DNA from: Mobula birostris
Taxonomy: Eukaryota
Assembly (NCBI RefSeq): GCF_030028105.1
Contig: NC_092397.1
Span: 29,603,097-29,667,096, forward strand
DNA length: 64,000 nt
Reading direction: 5' to 3'
Numbering within the stretch: the stretch's first letter is position 1; each line of letters starts with the position of its first letter. The notes under the pieces are model-generated. The model was given only the letters and a program-made list of their open reading frames with translations, searched no databases and had not been told where the DNA came from. The translations under genes and the position numbers were made by a program. Shown one piece after another: positions 13,577 to 27,571 of the stretch.

Positions 13577-15599
13577 TACATGTAGGGACAGTGATGGTGA
13601 AAGGGGGAGGGAAAGAAGACATGGGGAGGAGTGGCCTCAAGATCCTGAGGTCTGGTCAAAGGCATTCAAGGAAATATTAAATCAAAGAACATACAAAGAG
13701 GCAAGGGCTGGTGGTAGACAAGAGAATCAGGAATTTTCTAGGAAGCAGTGATGAGATAAAAGCTAAAAGTAACAAGGAACACGCAGAGATGTTAACTCAA
13801 TAATTTGCATTAGTGTTCACAGTGGGGCACAGCAAACATCCCACAGATATCTAACGGTGATATTTCAACATTGTGCCATAATGTGTAACGATCGCCATCA
13901 CAAGGGAGAAACTAATGGGACTAAAAGCAAACTTTACCAGGTCCCAACGACCTGCACTGGAGGCTTTCACAGGAAGTCCAGAGAGAAAGTAGAGACATTG
14001 AAGTTTGTCAAAACTCACTGTGTTACAGAAAGGTTCCAGTGGAGTTGAAAACCATTGTTGAAGAAGGGTGGCAGATGAAAAGCAGGCAACTGTGGTCTTG
14101 TTAACTTCACTTCAGCTACTGGAGTCTATAATCTATGAAGAAATAACAAGTCGTTTGGAAAAGTTTAATGTCATTGAACTAACTCAACAGGGTCTACAGT
14201 CAGATTGACACAGATTCCACAACGACCAAAGTTCCCAACTGAGCTTGTGTCTGTAACCCACTCAACACCACATTATGAACAAGGTTATCCTCCTCCTTGT
14301 CCCATTCCTCTGCATTTGGCCCAGATACTTCAAAATCTTTCCTTCCCATCTACCTGTCCAAGTACCTTTTTAATGTACCTGACTCAACCACTCCCCATAG
14401 CAGCTCATTCCATTTACTGACCAGCCTCCATATCCCTCATGATTTTATACACCTCTGCAATATCAGCACTCATTCTCCAACATTCCAGGGAAAATTGTCC
14501 AAAACACCTTTCCACAAATCCTTTGAGATCCAGTAACATCCCCGCAAATCTCCCCTGCACTCTTTCCAGCTTAATCATGTCTGTCATACAGCAGGGTCAC
14601 TAAAACTAAACACTATTTGCGAAATGTAGCCAAACCAACGTGTTGTACGACTGCAACATCTCATCCCAGCTTTTGTGTTCCGTGACCTGACTGAAGGCCA
14701 GTGTTCCAAAAGCCTCTTCCACACCCTGTCCATCTGGAACCTGCTCTTGGACCCTGTAACCTGGGATGTTGAATGTTCAGTCATGTTTGACAAACATACC
14801 AGAGACTTGAGACTTTACAGGGGAAGTTGGAGAAGTGGTGTTTTTGGATTTTCAGGAGCCATTTGCCAAGGTGCCACATGGCAGGCTGGTGCACAAGACC
14901 AGAGCTCAGTACTGGGAAGGAAGTGTGTTAATACTGACTGAAGACAGTTATCATACTGAGACAGAATAATGGGTCTGTTTCGGACTGGGATGATACAAGT
15001 ACTGCAGTAACGCAGCGACCAGTTCTGGATCGTCTGAGGCTTGGATGGGGCATAATTTGTGTTCAGGAAGGTTTCCTGAAACAATATGTCGTCCACCAGG
15101 GAGGGGGACATTCTTGACTTCACCTTGGGAAATATGGGACTCAGCGGAGTGGTGGCAGGAACAACCAGTGTTCAAAGAGGAATTAGACAAGTCGTTCAGG
15201 GGAAATGACCTGCAGAGCTGTGGGGACAGAGTGGGGAATGGGACTGTGGAAAAGTTGTGGCAGGAGTTGGTATTAACTTGATGAGTCAAATAGTCTCGAC
15301 AATCACAGAATGATTCTCTGCCCAATAATAGTCTGAAAAAATCATTCTGGTCGCCAGTGAATCTTCCAAGCTCCAGGATGGACAAGATCAATTGTGTAAT
15401 AAGGACACACTTCTGTCAAAACACTGACACTGTATACCAAGCACACTGAGCTGCCAGAGCACAGCACCGGCCAGTGAGGACACAGACCAGTACAACACCT
15501 GGCTCTCTACTACAAACTTCAAAGCTGAAAGTAAATGTATTATCAAAATACATTTCTGTCACCATATACAACCCTGAGGTTAGTTTTCTTGTGGGCATA

Positions 15600-18060
15600 C
15601 TGCTGGTTTGTTAGAGCGGTTGGGGAGGGTTAAACTAATTTGGCAGGGGCGTGGGAACAGGCGTGAAAGGACTCAGGGTAGGACAGATGGTAAAAAAACA
15701 AAGATCGCATGCAGTCACACTGTCAGGAAGGGCAGGCAGATGACAGGACATAACTGCAGCCAGCAGGGTGAGTATCAGTGCATGAGGGATGCAGAATGAA
15801 GAAGGGTAGCAAATGCTGTACTCAAACTGTTATATCTCAGTTCACAGAGTTTCATAAATAAGATGCATAATCTTATTGCCCTATTACTGATGGTCATGTA
15901 TAATGTTGTGACCATCACTGAATCACGGCTGAAGAATGTTTGTAGTTGGGAGCTAAGTGCCCAAGGTTACACGTATCAGAGGGATAGGAAGGTGGGCAAT
16001 GGGGATGGCATGGCTCTGCTGGTGAAGAATGGTAACAAATCAGTAGAAAGATGTGACAAAGGATTGGAAGATGTTGAATCCTTGTGAGCTGAGTTTAAAA
16101 ACTGCAAGTGTAAAAAGGACGTTGATGGCAGTTGTATACAGGCCTCCGAACAGTTTCTGGGATGTGGACCACAGGTTACAACAGGAAATAGAAAAGGCAG
16201 GTCAAAAGGGCAATGTTGTGGGAGATTTCATCGCAGTCATGGGAGATTTTAACATGCAGGTCGATTGGGAAAATCAGGTTGGAAATAGATCTCAAGAGAG
16301 TGAGTTTGGTGAATGCTGAACAGATGGCTTTTTGGAGCAGTTTGTCATTGAGCCTGCGAGGGGATCAGCTATACTGGATTATGTGTTATTGAATAAACTG
16401 GAGGTGATTTGGGAGCTTAAGGTAAAAGAACCCTTAGGAGGCAGTGGTCTCAGTATCACTGAGTTCAACTTGAAATTGGACAGGGAGAATGTACAGTCTG
16501 ACACAGCAGTGTTTCAGTGGAGTTAAGGTAGTTACAGTGGTTTGAGAGAGGAGTTGGCTAAAGTAAATTGGAAGGAAATGCTGGCAGGGATGGCAGCAGA
16601 GCAGCAATGGTGTGAGTTTCTGGGGAAAATGAGGAAGGTGTAGGATAAATGTATTCCAGAAACAAACAAATACTCAAATGCCAAATAGTACAACCGTGAC
16701 TGACAAGGAAGTCAATGCTAATGTAAAACCAAAAGGGAGGACATACAACAAGCAAAAATTATTCAGAATACAGAGGATTGTGAAGCTTTAACAGCTGACA
16801 GAGAGCAACCTAAAGAGGGAAGAGATGAAACATGCAAGCAAGCTGGCAAACATGATCAAAATGGATAGTTTTAGCTTTTTCAAGTACGTAAAAATAAAAG
16901 AGAGATGAGACTGGGTAAAGGACTGCTAGAAAATGAGGCCAGAGGAATAATAACGCTGGGGGTTGGGGGGGATACAAGGAAATGGCAGATGAACTAAATG
17001 AGTATTTTGTATCAGTGGAAGATACTAGCAGTGTGCCAGATGCTGAAGGGTGTGAGGGAAGAGAAGAGAGTGCAGTTATTATTACAAGGGAAAAGGTGCT
17101 CAAAAAGCTGAAAGACCTGAGGGTTCATAAGTCACCCGGACCAGATGAACTGTACCCCAGGGTTCTGAAAGAGGTAACGCTCCTGACTGACCGTGTGAAG
17201 GAAATGGAGCTGGAGATGGACAGACCCAGAGTTTCCAGGATGCTGAGACCAGAGATTCAGTGGGTTGGTCAAACCTGAGGTCAGGCTGCAAATAGTTTGG
17301 TCACGACCACGACTGGAAAGGGGAAGAGACAGACAGTGCAATGTCTCCCTGTGGCTGTGACCCTCAGAAACAAGTACACTCATTTGGATACCCCTGGGAG
17401 GATGACGAACCAGAGCACAGCAGCCCGTCAGGTCGGTGGTACTGACACCCCAGTCCGATGCTCCGCGGGAGGAAAGGTCAATCACAGCAGTGATGACAGC
17501 AGACTCACAGTACAGGGGATGTGCAGCAGATTCTGTGGCCGCAACAGAGATAACACGGTGGTGTGTCCCCTCCTGGGTACCAGGGTGAGGCACGTCTCAG
17601 ATGTGCAGAATTTCCTAAAGATAAACTTGCTGGTTGAGTCGGTGGCAAGGAAGAGCCAAATGCCATGTTAGCATTCATTTAGACAGGAGTACAATACAAA
17701 AGCAAGGATGTAATGCTGAAGATTGATAAGGCATTGGTCCGCTCACACTTGGAGTATTGTCAACTGTTTTGGGCCCCTTATCTAAAAAAGTACGAGCTCG
17801 CATAGGAGAGGGTCCAGAGGAGGTTCACAAGAATGATCCTGGCAATAAAAGGGTTAATGCACAAGGATTCTTTGATGGCTCTGGGCCTGTACTCAACGGA
17901 CTTTAGAAGAATTAGGGAATCTTGTTGAAACCGATCAAATATCGAAAGGCCTGGGATGGAGTGGGCAGTCTAGGACCACAGGACACAGCATCAGAATACT
18001 AGGACACCCTGTTAGAACAAAGATGAGGAGTAATTTCCTCAGTAAAGGTAGTGAATCTGT
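15600..18060 (+). mobile_element. Decayed CR1 LINE(s)
   Basis: VVYRPPNS, VMGDFNMQVDW, MADELNEYFVSV and KSPGPDELYPRVLKE motifs. Confidence 0.85.
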
Positions 18061-20212
18061 GAAGCCTATGTCAGGACGTTGTTCATTGACTAGAGCTCAG
18101 TGTTTAACACCATCATTCCCACAGTCCTGATTACTAAGCTACAGAACCTGGTCCCTCTGCAGTTGGATCCTTGACTTCCTAACCGGGAGACCACAATCTG
18201 TGCAGACTGGTGATAATCAGAATGTGTGGATTAATGGAGTCGGGCTAACCCCTATTGACATCAATGGATCCGGGGTTAAGAGGGTAAACAGCTTTAAGTT
18301 CCTCGGCATCAATATTACTGAGCTCACATGGTCTATACATACAGGCTGAGTGGTGAAAAAGGCACAACAGCGTCACTTTCACCTCAGACAGTTGAGGAAG
18401 TTTGCTATGGGCCCCCAAATCCTAAGGACTTTCTACAGGGTCACAATTGAGAGCATCCTGACTGGCTGCATCACTGCCTGATATGGGAACTGTACCTCCC
18501 TTAATCGCAGGACTCTGCAGAGAGTGGTGTGGACAGGCCAGCACATCTGTAGTTGTGAACTTCCCATGATTCAAGACATTTACAAAGACAGGTGTGAGAA
18601 AAGAGCCTGAAGGATCACTGGGGACCTGAGTCACCCCAACCACAATCTATTCCAGCTGCAACCATCCAGGAAATGGTACCGCAGCATAAAAGCCAGAACC
18701 AACAGGCTCCGGGACAGCTTCTTCCACCGGCCATTAGACTGATTAACTCACACTGATTTGAGGGCATTTCTATGTTACATTGACTGTTCTATTTATTATC
18801 AATGATTATAAATCACTATGATTGCACATTTAGACGGAGACATAACGTAAAGATTTTTACTGCTCATGTACGTGAAGGATGTAAGAAATAAAGTCAATTC
18901 AAGTTCAAATTAATATCTTCTCTTCGCTGATGATCAACACTGGCCCTGGTGCACCTCAGGGATGTGTGCTTAGCCGACTGCTCTACTCCCTCTATAACCA
19001 TGACCGTGTGACTAAGTATAGCTCAAAAGCCAACTACAAATCTGCTGTTGGTAGAATTTCAGATGGAGAGGAGAGAGCATACAGGAGTAAGATTTACCAG
19101 CTAGTTGAGTGGTGTCACAGCAACAACCTTGTGTTTAATGTCAGTAAAACAAAAGAGCTGATTGAAGGAAGGGTACGATGAGGGAACACGAACCAATTCT
19201 CAGAGAAGGATCAGAAGTGGAGAGAGTGAACAATTTCAAATTCCTGGGTGTCAACATCTCTGAGGAACTAACCTGGTCCCAACATATTGATGCAGCTACA
19301 GTATAAAAAAGGCAAGACAGTGGATATATTTTATCAGGACTTTGAAGATATTTGGTCTGTCACTTTAAACACTCAAAAACTGCTATAGATGTATTCTATA
19401 TACTGTATATTATTTAAACTATATTATTTGTTTTTGCACTGTTTTTAATCTACATGATATATATATCCCTATACACACATACTGATTTATTCATTCTTTC
19501 TATATTATCATGTACTGCATTAAACTGCTGCTGCTAAATTAACAAATTTCATGACACCTGCCGGTGGTAATGAACTTAATTCTGGTTCTGACTCTGAATT
19601 CATCCCCACAGACGGCTGTGGCCAATTCATTGGGGATATTGCATCATCACTGCCTGGTTCAGAAATTGCACTGTCTCGGATCGCAAGACCCTGCAGCGGA
19701 TAGTGAGGACAGCTGAGATCATCATCGGGGTCTCTCCTCCCACCATTACAGACATTTACACCACACGCTGCACCCGTAAAGCCAACAGCATTGTGAAGGA
19801 CCCCAGACACCCCTCATACAAACTCTTCTCCCTCCTGCCATCTGGCAAAAGGTACCGATGCATTCGGGCTCTCACGACCAGACTGGGTAACAGTTTCTTC
19901 CCCCAAGCCATCCGACTCCTTAATACCCAGAGTCTAGACTGACAGCTACATCATTATTATATTGTAATTTGTCCTGTACTGTGGCTATTGTTTTGTTTAT
20001 TATTTATTGTACTGCCCTGCACTGTTTTGTGCACTTTGTGTAGGTCTGTAGTCCAGTGTAGTTTCTGCGTCGCCTTTTCTTATCTCACTTAGTCTAGTGT
20101 AGTTTTGTGTTGTTTCATGTAGCACCATGGTCCTGGAGGAATGTTGTTTTGTTTTTACTGCGTACTGCACCAGCAGTTTATTGTCGAAATGACAATAAAA
20201 AGTGACTTGACT
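18060..20212 (+). mobile_element. Stack of three Rex1/Babar-like LINE fragments
   Basis: GAPQGCVLSRLLYSLY and HPSYKLFSLLPSGKRYR...NSFFPQAIRLLN motifs; distinct 3' tails at about 18905, 19590 and 20212. Confidence 0.8.
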
Positions 20213-22448
20213 GTATTTAATGTGGAGGTTCTTGATTCTTGGTGGGGGTAGGAAGAGGATTTGAGAGGGTTAAGAGATCTGTCATGATCGTTGATCCCTG
20301 GCAGAATGGTGCAGCAAACTGCATGGGGCCAAATGGCCTAATTCTTCTCCTGTACTTCATGGTCTGATCGTCTCGCAGCAGTCGCAGGACATTTCAAATG
20401 GAAGGCTGAGCAGCCAGACATGGTGGTGGACGGTGCATGTTAGTAATAGCAATGTAGGGAGGAGGCGGGATGTGCCCTGTGCAGTAAATATAGAGAAAGA
20501 AGAGAGAAACTAAAATTACTAAGCTTCATATTACCGCCAGTGACACTTGTTAGTGCAGAGAGATATAGGAAGATACCACTGATGAATGTGTGGCTGAGAA
20601 TCTGGTGCAGGGGACAGTTTCATGGATTAATGGAATCATCTGGAGATGGGTAGGCAGAAACTGTTCACTCCCCAGGGTCTTCTAGGGAAGGAACAGTTTT
20701 CTCACTCCGAAAACTGAAGGGAGTAGTTTTGGCGTGAGAGATTGGAGGTTTAAAGGGGATCTGAAAGGTGAGTTGATGGAGGTGGATAAAATTATGTGAG
20801 GCATATAAAGGTTAGAGAGACAGAGACTGTTTTCCGACTAAAACTGAAGGGAATGGATTTAAGGTGAGAGGGAGGAGGTTTTAAGGTGATCTGAGGGTAA
20901 ATATTTCGCATGGAGAATTGAATTGACCTTATTTCTTACATCCTTCACATGTATCAGGAGTAAAAATCTTTACATCATGTCTCCGTCTAACTATGCAATC
21001 ACAGTAATTTATTATAAATGGAACAGTCAATGTAACAGAGAATAGCTGGTATCCCAAATGAGCCGCCAGAGGAAGTAGTGGAGGCAGAAACACACAAAGT
21101 CTCTGTTCATGAACACTTCTCAGGAACCTGTCATTCACTGTGTACATCCTGCCCTGGTTAAACTTCCCAGTGCTGGGTCCATTGTTGTTTTCCATCTGTA
21201 TTAATGATCTGGATGAGAATGTATTAAACTGGATCAGCAAATTTACAGATGACACCAAGATTAAGGGTGCAGAGGACAGCGAGGAAGGATTGCTAATCTT
21301 GACATGGGACGTGGACCAGCTGGAAAAATGGCAGATGGAATTTAATACACACAAGTATGCGGTGTGTGCAACTAAGTTGAATGGGAGAAATGTGTGGTTT
21401 AAAGAGGATCTGAGGAAAACTGCCCTCGCTCCCCAGGAGGTTACAATCTGGAACACTCTGCCTGAGGAGGTGGTGCAGGCTGGTATTTAAGGACCATCTG
21501 GATGAGCATTTGAATCACCAAGGCAGGGTAGGAGACAGACCAAGTGCTGAGTTAGCAAAGACAGATTCTCGATGGCCACTATGGACATGCAGAAACCACT
21601 GACTGTGAAAATGCAGTGGGAACCTGAAACACAGAACTTCAGGATGGACTCAGCTAAAACATTCAGAACCCAGTACGATGGATTTTTGTTGTACAAAGGT
21701 ATTAATGGTCAAGTACTGAACAAACCCCCTTAAAAGGCTACCAAAATGCTCCCATTTCCTGGGCACTAGTTACAATACTTTGAAATAGGAATTTGGTGAA
21801 GTACTCTGGGTGATATTAGGACAGATGGCTGACAGCTTGCTCACGGTGGGAGGGTGCAAATGTCTTCTCAGAGGATAAGGGGTTCAGTGGAACAAGCTCA
21901 CAGCTGAGAATGAAGGTGACAAACCCCACTGCATTGGAGGACTGCTGTGGTCAGGGTTGTACAGGATAGAAACAGACCCTCCAGCCCATCACATTTATGC
22001 CTCCATCATGCACAGCTATAATAATCCCACTTTCCTGCATTAGTTTCATATCCCTCTGGGCCTTGCTCACTGAAGCCCCTGTGCATGTGCCTCTAATATT
22101 GTTACACAGTTCCCTGTATGTGGCATCACAGGTAGACAGGGTTGTGTGTTCTACTTGCCTTGTCAGCCAAAGAACTGCCTCTCATTAGAGCAGGACAAAA
22201 CTGTTTAAAGACAGATTCAAAGGGGATCTGAGGGGTAAATATTTCACACAGAGAATAGCTGGCATCCGGAATTAACTCCCAAAATAGAGTCACTGGTTTA
22301 TACAGAAATGAAACAGTCCCTTCGGTACAACTCATCCCCGCCGACCAAGATGTCGACCTGAACTCGGCCCATCTGCCTGCATTCGGCCCGTATCCCTCTC
22401 AACCTTTCCCATCCATGTGACTGTGCAAATATGTTTTAAATATTGTAC

Positions 22449-22760
22449 CTGAGGCAGAGAGCCGGTGCAGTGAGGCGCTGACAGACACTCACTGTTCCGC
22501 GGGCAGGAAGAGGATCCCACAGCGGAGCCGAAACGATCGAGCCCACGTCGCCATAGTCCTGACGCCACCAGCCGGGATTTACCGTTCCCCAGGAAACGAC
22601 GGAGGTGGGACATCTGTGACGTCACTCCGTCACTGATTGGTTGTCTCGACGTGTCACGTGACGGTGAGTGCGCTGCCCGGGAGGCGGGGCAGAGGGAGCT
22701 GTCAATCAGTGGAGCCGCTGAAAAACTTGCCACCATTGTAAACAGAGTGGGTGCAGACGG
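22449..22760 (-). promoter_or_regulatory. CpG-rich Pol II promoter with putative first exon of an unidentified gene
   Basis: TGACGTCA, CCAAT, GTCACGTGAC and GGCGGGGC within 22615-22690; ACTATGGCG start at 22554; donors GTGAGT (22492) and CAG|GTACAA (22448). Confidence 0.6.
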
Positions 22761-23039
22761 AGATTTCCGGGATCGGTGACTCCCTCCCCACCCACGGGAA
22801 TTGAGTGTGTTAGAGACAGTAATATTCATATTTTAATATGACTCTGCGGCATTATACATATTTAATGTTTGTATTTTGCATATTTTTGTTGGATAATCTT
22901 TTATAATTTGGGGTAAAACCCTTGTAACTAGATCACTGAAAAATTCATGAAGAAAGAGCGTCACGGAAAAATATTGTCAAAGCCAAAATTTTAACCGAAA
23001 GTAAGTTGTCCTCATGGTACGAAAATATCACCATCTAGT

Positions 23040-24345
23040 TCAAAGTAAAATCTATTCTCACAGTAGATTCATGTCACCACATACAACCCTGAGATTCTTT
23101 TCTGCGGCAATTCTTAGCAAATCAATATAACTTACTGTGAACTGTAAATATGAGGAATTATAAACTGTAAACAAACAGTGAAAATTCAGGAAAAAAAGCA
23201 ATAAATAATGAGCATGAAATAACCATGTAACAGAGTCCTGAAAAGAGTCCTGACGTGAGTGTATCTATCCCCTTTTGTTCAAGTCCCTGATGGTTGAGGG
23301 GTAGTAACTGTTCTTGAACCTGGTGGAGCGTGTACTGAGGCACCTGTACCTTCTGCCTGATGGCAGCAGTGAGAAAAGAGCATTGCCTGGGTGGTGAGGA
23401 TCTTTGATGATGGATGTTGCTTCCCTATGGCTATGTTTCATGTAGATGTGCTCAGTGGTTATGAATGTTTTACCCGTGATGTAGCTGGGCTGAATCCACT
23501 AGCTTTGTAGGAATTTCCACTCAAAGACATTGGTGTTCCTATACCAGTTCATAATGCTGCCAGTCAGCACACCTACCATCAGACATTTATAGAAGTTTGA
23601 CAAAGTTTTCAATGGCATGCTGAATCTCTGAGATTCCTGAGGAAGTAGAAAAGCTGTCATGCCTTGTTCACAGTAATACTTATATGATGGGTCCAGGACC
23701 GGTCCTCTGAGAGAGTGACACACAGGAATTTAAAGTTACTGACTCTCTCCATTTCTGATCGTACTTTGATTACTGGCTCATGTACCTCCAGATCCCTGCT
23801 GAAGTCAACAATCTGTCCCTTGGTCTCACTGACATTGATTGAGAGGTTGTTGTTATTATGCCACTCAACCAAGTTTTCTGTCACCCTACTGCATGCCAAT
23901 TCATCGCCACCTTTGATACAGCCCACAACAGTGGTGTCATCAGCAAACTTGTATACGGTGTTGGAGCTGTACTCAGCCACACAGTCATAGGTGTAAAGCG
24001 AGTAGAGCTGGGGACTAAGCACACTTCCCTATGGTGCTCCTGTGCTGATAGAGATTGTGGAGGAGACGTTTTTGCCAATCTGAACTGGCTGGGGTCTGCA
24101 CCTGAGGAAATCCAGGATCCAATTTCACATGGGGGTATTGAGGCCCAGGACTGGGAGTTTACTGATTAGTTTTGAGGGGATGATGGTGTTGAGTGCTGAG
24201 CTGTAATCAATAAAGGGCATTCAGATGTTTGCATCTTTGCTGAAAAGATGTTCCAGAGTTGTGTGAAGAGCCAACGAGACAGCATCTGCTGTTGCTTCAG
24301 TAGGGGAATTGGAGAGGATACAAGTCATCATTCAGACAAGAGCTG
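23040..24345 (-). mobile_element. Rex1/Babar-like LINE RT fragment
   Basis: LSPQLYSLYTYDC...YKFADDTTVVG motif. Confidence 0.85.
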
Positions 24346-24354
24346 ATATGCGAA

Positions 24355-24560
24355 TTCTTGGTTCCATCCCTCCCGCTTCTGTCTTCTCCTATCATTTTAG
24401 ATCCCCCCTCCCCCTCCCCCTCCCACTTTCAAACCTCTTACTAGCTCTTCTTTCAGTTAGTCCTGTCGAAGGGTCTCGGCCTGAAACGTCGACTGTACCT
24501 TTTCCTAGAGATGCTGCCTGGCCTGCTGCGTTCACCAGCAACTTTGATGTGTGTTGCTTA
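24355..24560 (+). mobile_element. Penelope-like element 3' terminal fragment containing a hammerhead motif
   Basis: Pyrimidine-rich tract plus TAGTCCTGTCGAAGGGTCTCGGCCTGAAACGTCGACTG; homologous to 42460-42690. Confidence 0.8.
24458..24495 (+). ncRNA. Minimal type I hammerhead ribozyme motif (one core substitution)
   Basis: Stem I AGTC/GACT; core CTGtCGA; stem II; GAAA; palindromic ACGT; GTC cleavage triplet. Confidence 0.7.
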
Positions 24561-24564
24561 AAAA

Positions 24565-24868
24565 TGAGTCCCGGCTTTTCGAAGGTTAAGTCCCGGCTCT
24601 ATGTTGATGTTCGGTCCCGAGTCTGTCTCTGATCTCCAAGAACCCAAGCCTCGACGATCCCGCAGCCAAGCTCAAGAGGAAAGGCCCCAGCTTGTCTCCT
24701 AGTCCATGGTTTCTAGCCCTGGTCCCGCTTTCCCCAGCCCACGTCTGCGTTTTTGTCCCTGTTCCTGGTCTGAATCCTGTCACGTCCCTACTCTAGTCAA
24801 GTCCTGTTCCTTGTACTTCAATGTCTGTGTCTCGCATTTGGGTCCGTTCCCAGCACCCCTTTGTGACA
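24565..24868 (+). mobile_element. Truncated LTR 3' part, same family as 51266-52718
   Basis: Ends ...CATTTGGGTCCGTTCCCAGCACCCCTTTGTGACA; reverse complement matches 51266-51470. Confidence 0.8.
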
Positions 24869-26023
24869 GTTCTAACACCCCGGATACCTCTATTTTCATC
24901 AGGAAACAGAGATATTATCTTATTTTAACCCAATAAAGCCTTCTCACAGTTTCTTATCTTAACGATTGGCACATCTCCTCCTCTTCAGGTTTGAGCACAT
25001 TCTATACTCCCTAAAGCAGATTTCAACTCTGCAGTTAATTTCAAACGAGAAAACGTGCGGATACTGGATATCCAAACAACACATACACAATGCCGGAGGA
25101 ACTCAGGTCTGATGAATGATCTCGGTCCGAAATGTCGACTGAACTCTTTTCCATAGTTGCCGTTGCGTTTCTCTAGCATTTCGTGTGTTGTTGCAGTTAA
25201 TTTAATGGGATTGATGAAAGAAGGCTGTTCCAGGTCAAATTTAAACATTACCTTGAAGTCTTTTTTCCTTCCAAAGTATCCAGCCTTTCCTAACAAATCA
25301 CTTGAAATTATTCCAGATCCAGATTCCAGATGTAAATTCAACTTCATTCCAACCTCCTCCCGCATTCACCAGAACCCTCAGTTTCCGGATCTTTTTCCAG
25401 ACGGAGGGCCCCTCCTGAACCTACATTATTTCCCACAATCCCCACACATTCACTGCCAGCGCCACCAACCGCTACTGCTCCTGAGCCAGTCAACAGCTCG
25501 AAACCTCTTCTTGGTTCTGCTGTCAATCAGGTCCAGGGGTGGGGCAACGCAGCGTGTACGTACATGCTGCAATGACGTCACAAACATTAAGCTCACCTTC
25601 CTCCAGTGCACTTTTTGAGCGTCTGGTCGGAGGGTCCGGGGCTGCGGGAGGGGCAGGGTGACTTTAAACCCGTCGGTAAACACGGCCACATGGTTTGGTT
25701 CTCTCCAAAGTGTTTCAACTGTACCTTTGCCTGTCTTCTCCACACAGTCACCCAGGGAATCTGACAGAGTCGCCATGAGTGGTGGGAAAGTGCGGGGGTT
25801 CATATCTTGGAGCAGCAGCCCCGGTTTAATGTTTCGGAGTGAAGGATTCGGTCACCGAGCTTAACGCCGAACGGCGTTGAAGTACAGACACGATGATGGA
25901 ACACTGAAAAAAAATGCTGAACAGACCGTCCCTTGTTCTCGGGAAACTCTCCAGTCGCGGGCTATTTGCACACTAGACTCTCCCATATTCTAATCCCGTC
26001 TTCATTTGAAGCAGGAAAACGGT

Positions 26024-26083
26024 CTCCTCGTCGGCGAATCGAACCCCTCTCTCTCGCGTGACAGGTGGGGAAACTAACGAGGA
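26024..26083 (-). pseudogene. tRNA-Asp(GTC) pseudogene with 12-nt D-arm deletion
   Basis: TCCTCGTTAGTTTCCCCACCTGTCACGCGAGAGAGAGGGGTTCGATTCGCCGACGAGGAG. Confidence 0.85.
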
Positions 26084-26592
26084 ATAAACAGGAGTGTGGA
26101 ACCTGTCACACGGATGTCAGGGTGTAGGAGAACTCATAGAGTCACTCTGATGTCTGTTTGCTGAGTGTAGAGGTGGCGCATTTTACCCATCCCCTCCTCA
26201 CTGTGTGACTGGAGGGGTCTCAGACTTCTTCAGTGATTCAGTCACTGATTGAGTTCAAGGACTGGCCAACGGAAGGGATCCCATTAAAGTCTAACCGCGT
26301 GTTTGTTTGAACGGATATTTATAATCAGAATTTGGTCCCCATTTACTGATACGTCAAGCAGGAAACCATTTGTAGCCCTTCGAATCTCTCGGGTCGATTC
26401 TCCCTTCAGTCGGATCTCAGGAGCTGTGTTTCTCCGGTCTGTCGGAACGTCGCGACATCCAGTGGTCGGAATAGGAACTGCAACAGAGTGAGGCATGATC
26501 CTTCAGAAAACAGCTCAGACACTGAGAATCGAGTTACAGACTCTTATAGCACCAGAGACCATTCAGTCACCGAATCTGGTTTGCATCATGGG

Positions 26593-26664
26593 GCGATGGT
26601 GGTATAGTGGTGAGCATAGCTGCTTCCCAAGCAGTTGACCCGGGTTCGATTCCCGGCCATCGCA
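26593..26664 (+). tRNA. trnG-CCC: tRNA-Gly(CCC) on a Gly(TCC)-type body
   Basis: GCGATGGTGGTATAGTGGTGAGCATAGCTGCTTCCCAAGCAGTTGACCCGGGTTCGATTCCCGGCCATCGCA; all stems pair; T4 terminator at about 26675. Confidence 0.92.
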
Positions 26665-27571
26665 GGTTGTACACTTTTAGACTGAAAAACATAACCTCTC
26701 ACCAAGCACTATGAACGCAGAATTCATGGGCAATTTACTGTCAGTGAAATTCACTCTAATGGATCAGACGGATCCCTCAGGTACGATGGTGGTGGTCCCT
26801 GATGTAGGAGGATCGAGGACCCCAAATTGAATGAAAAACATAACTTTAGACCCCATCCGTTAGTTCCAAGGACTCTGCTCGAGGAAACGTACACTTTCTG
26901 GTCAAATCGAACATACAGATTCCTGATGAAAGACACAACGCGCCCCAGATATTTTCTGGTCTCCCTCCTTCATCCAGCAGAAGGTACACATCACAGTCTC
27001 ATGGAAAGTTGTGTCTGTTGAATGGATCCCTAGTACGATAAGATGGACTCTTGACCTCACAATCCACCTCGTTATGGTGCTGCAGCATATTATTTACCTG
27101 CGCCGTGCTTTCCCTGTGGCTGTTACACTTTATTCTGCATTTGCTTATTGCTTCACTTTGTTCTCTCCCAATGCACTGTGTATTTGATCTCTATGAACAG
27201 AGAGAAAGAGAAGCATTTCACTGTATTTCGGTATATGTGACTGAAACACGTAGAACAGATTCAATTCCCACTGTACTCATCGCGACTGCAGTACGGAGCG
27301 CTGCCTCCGGACAGCGCAGCGTTTCCCAGCTCGCAATGAAACACAGCAGAAACAGAAGAGCTGAAATTGCAGAGGGGGCGGCAGTGAGAGAGGGTTTCAC
27401 TGAACTCTCGTCGAAGGGAAGATTTAAACTTCTTCAGGGTAGGCATCCATTGAAGGGACTTTGAAGTACAGAAGTCGAATCACAAACGAGAAACTGTGCA
27501 GAGGCTGGAAATCCTCGCAACACACACAAAATGCTGGAGAAACTGAGCAGGTCAGGCTGCTTCATGATCCT

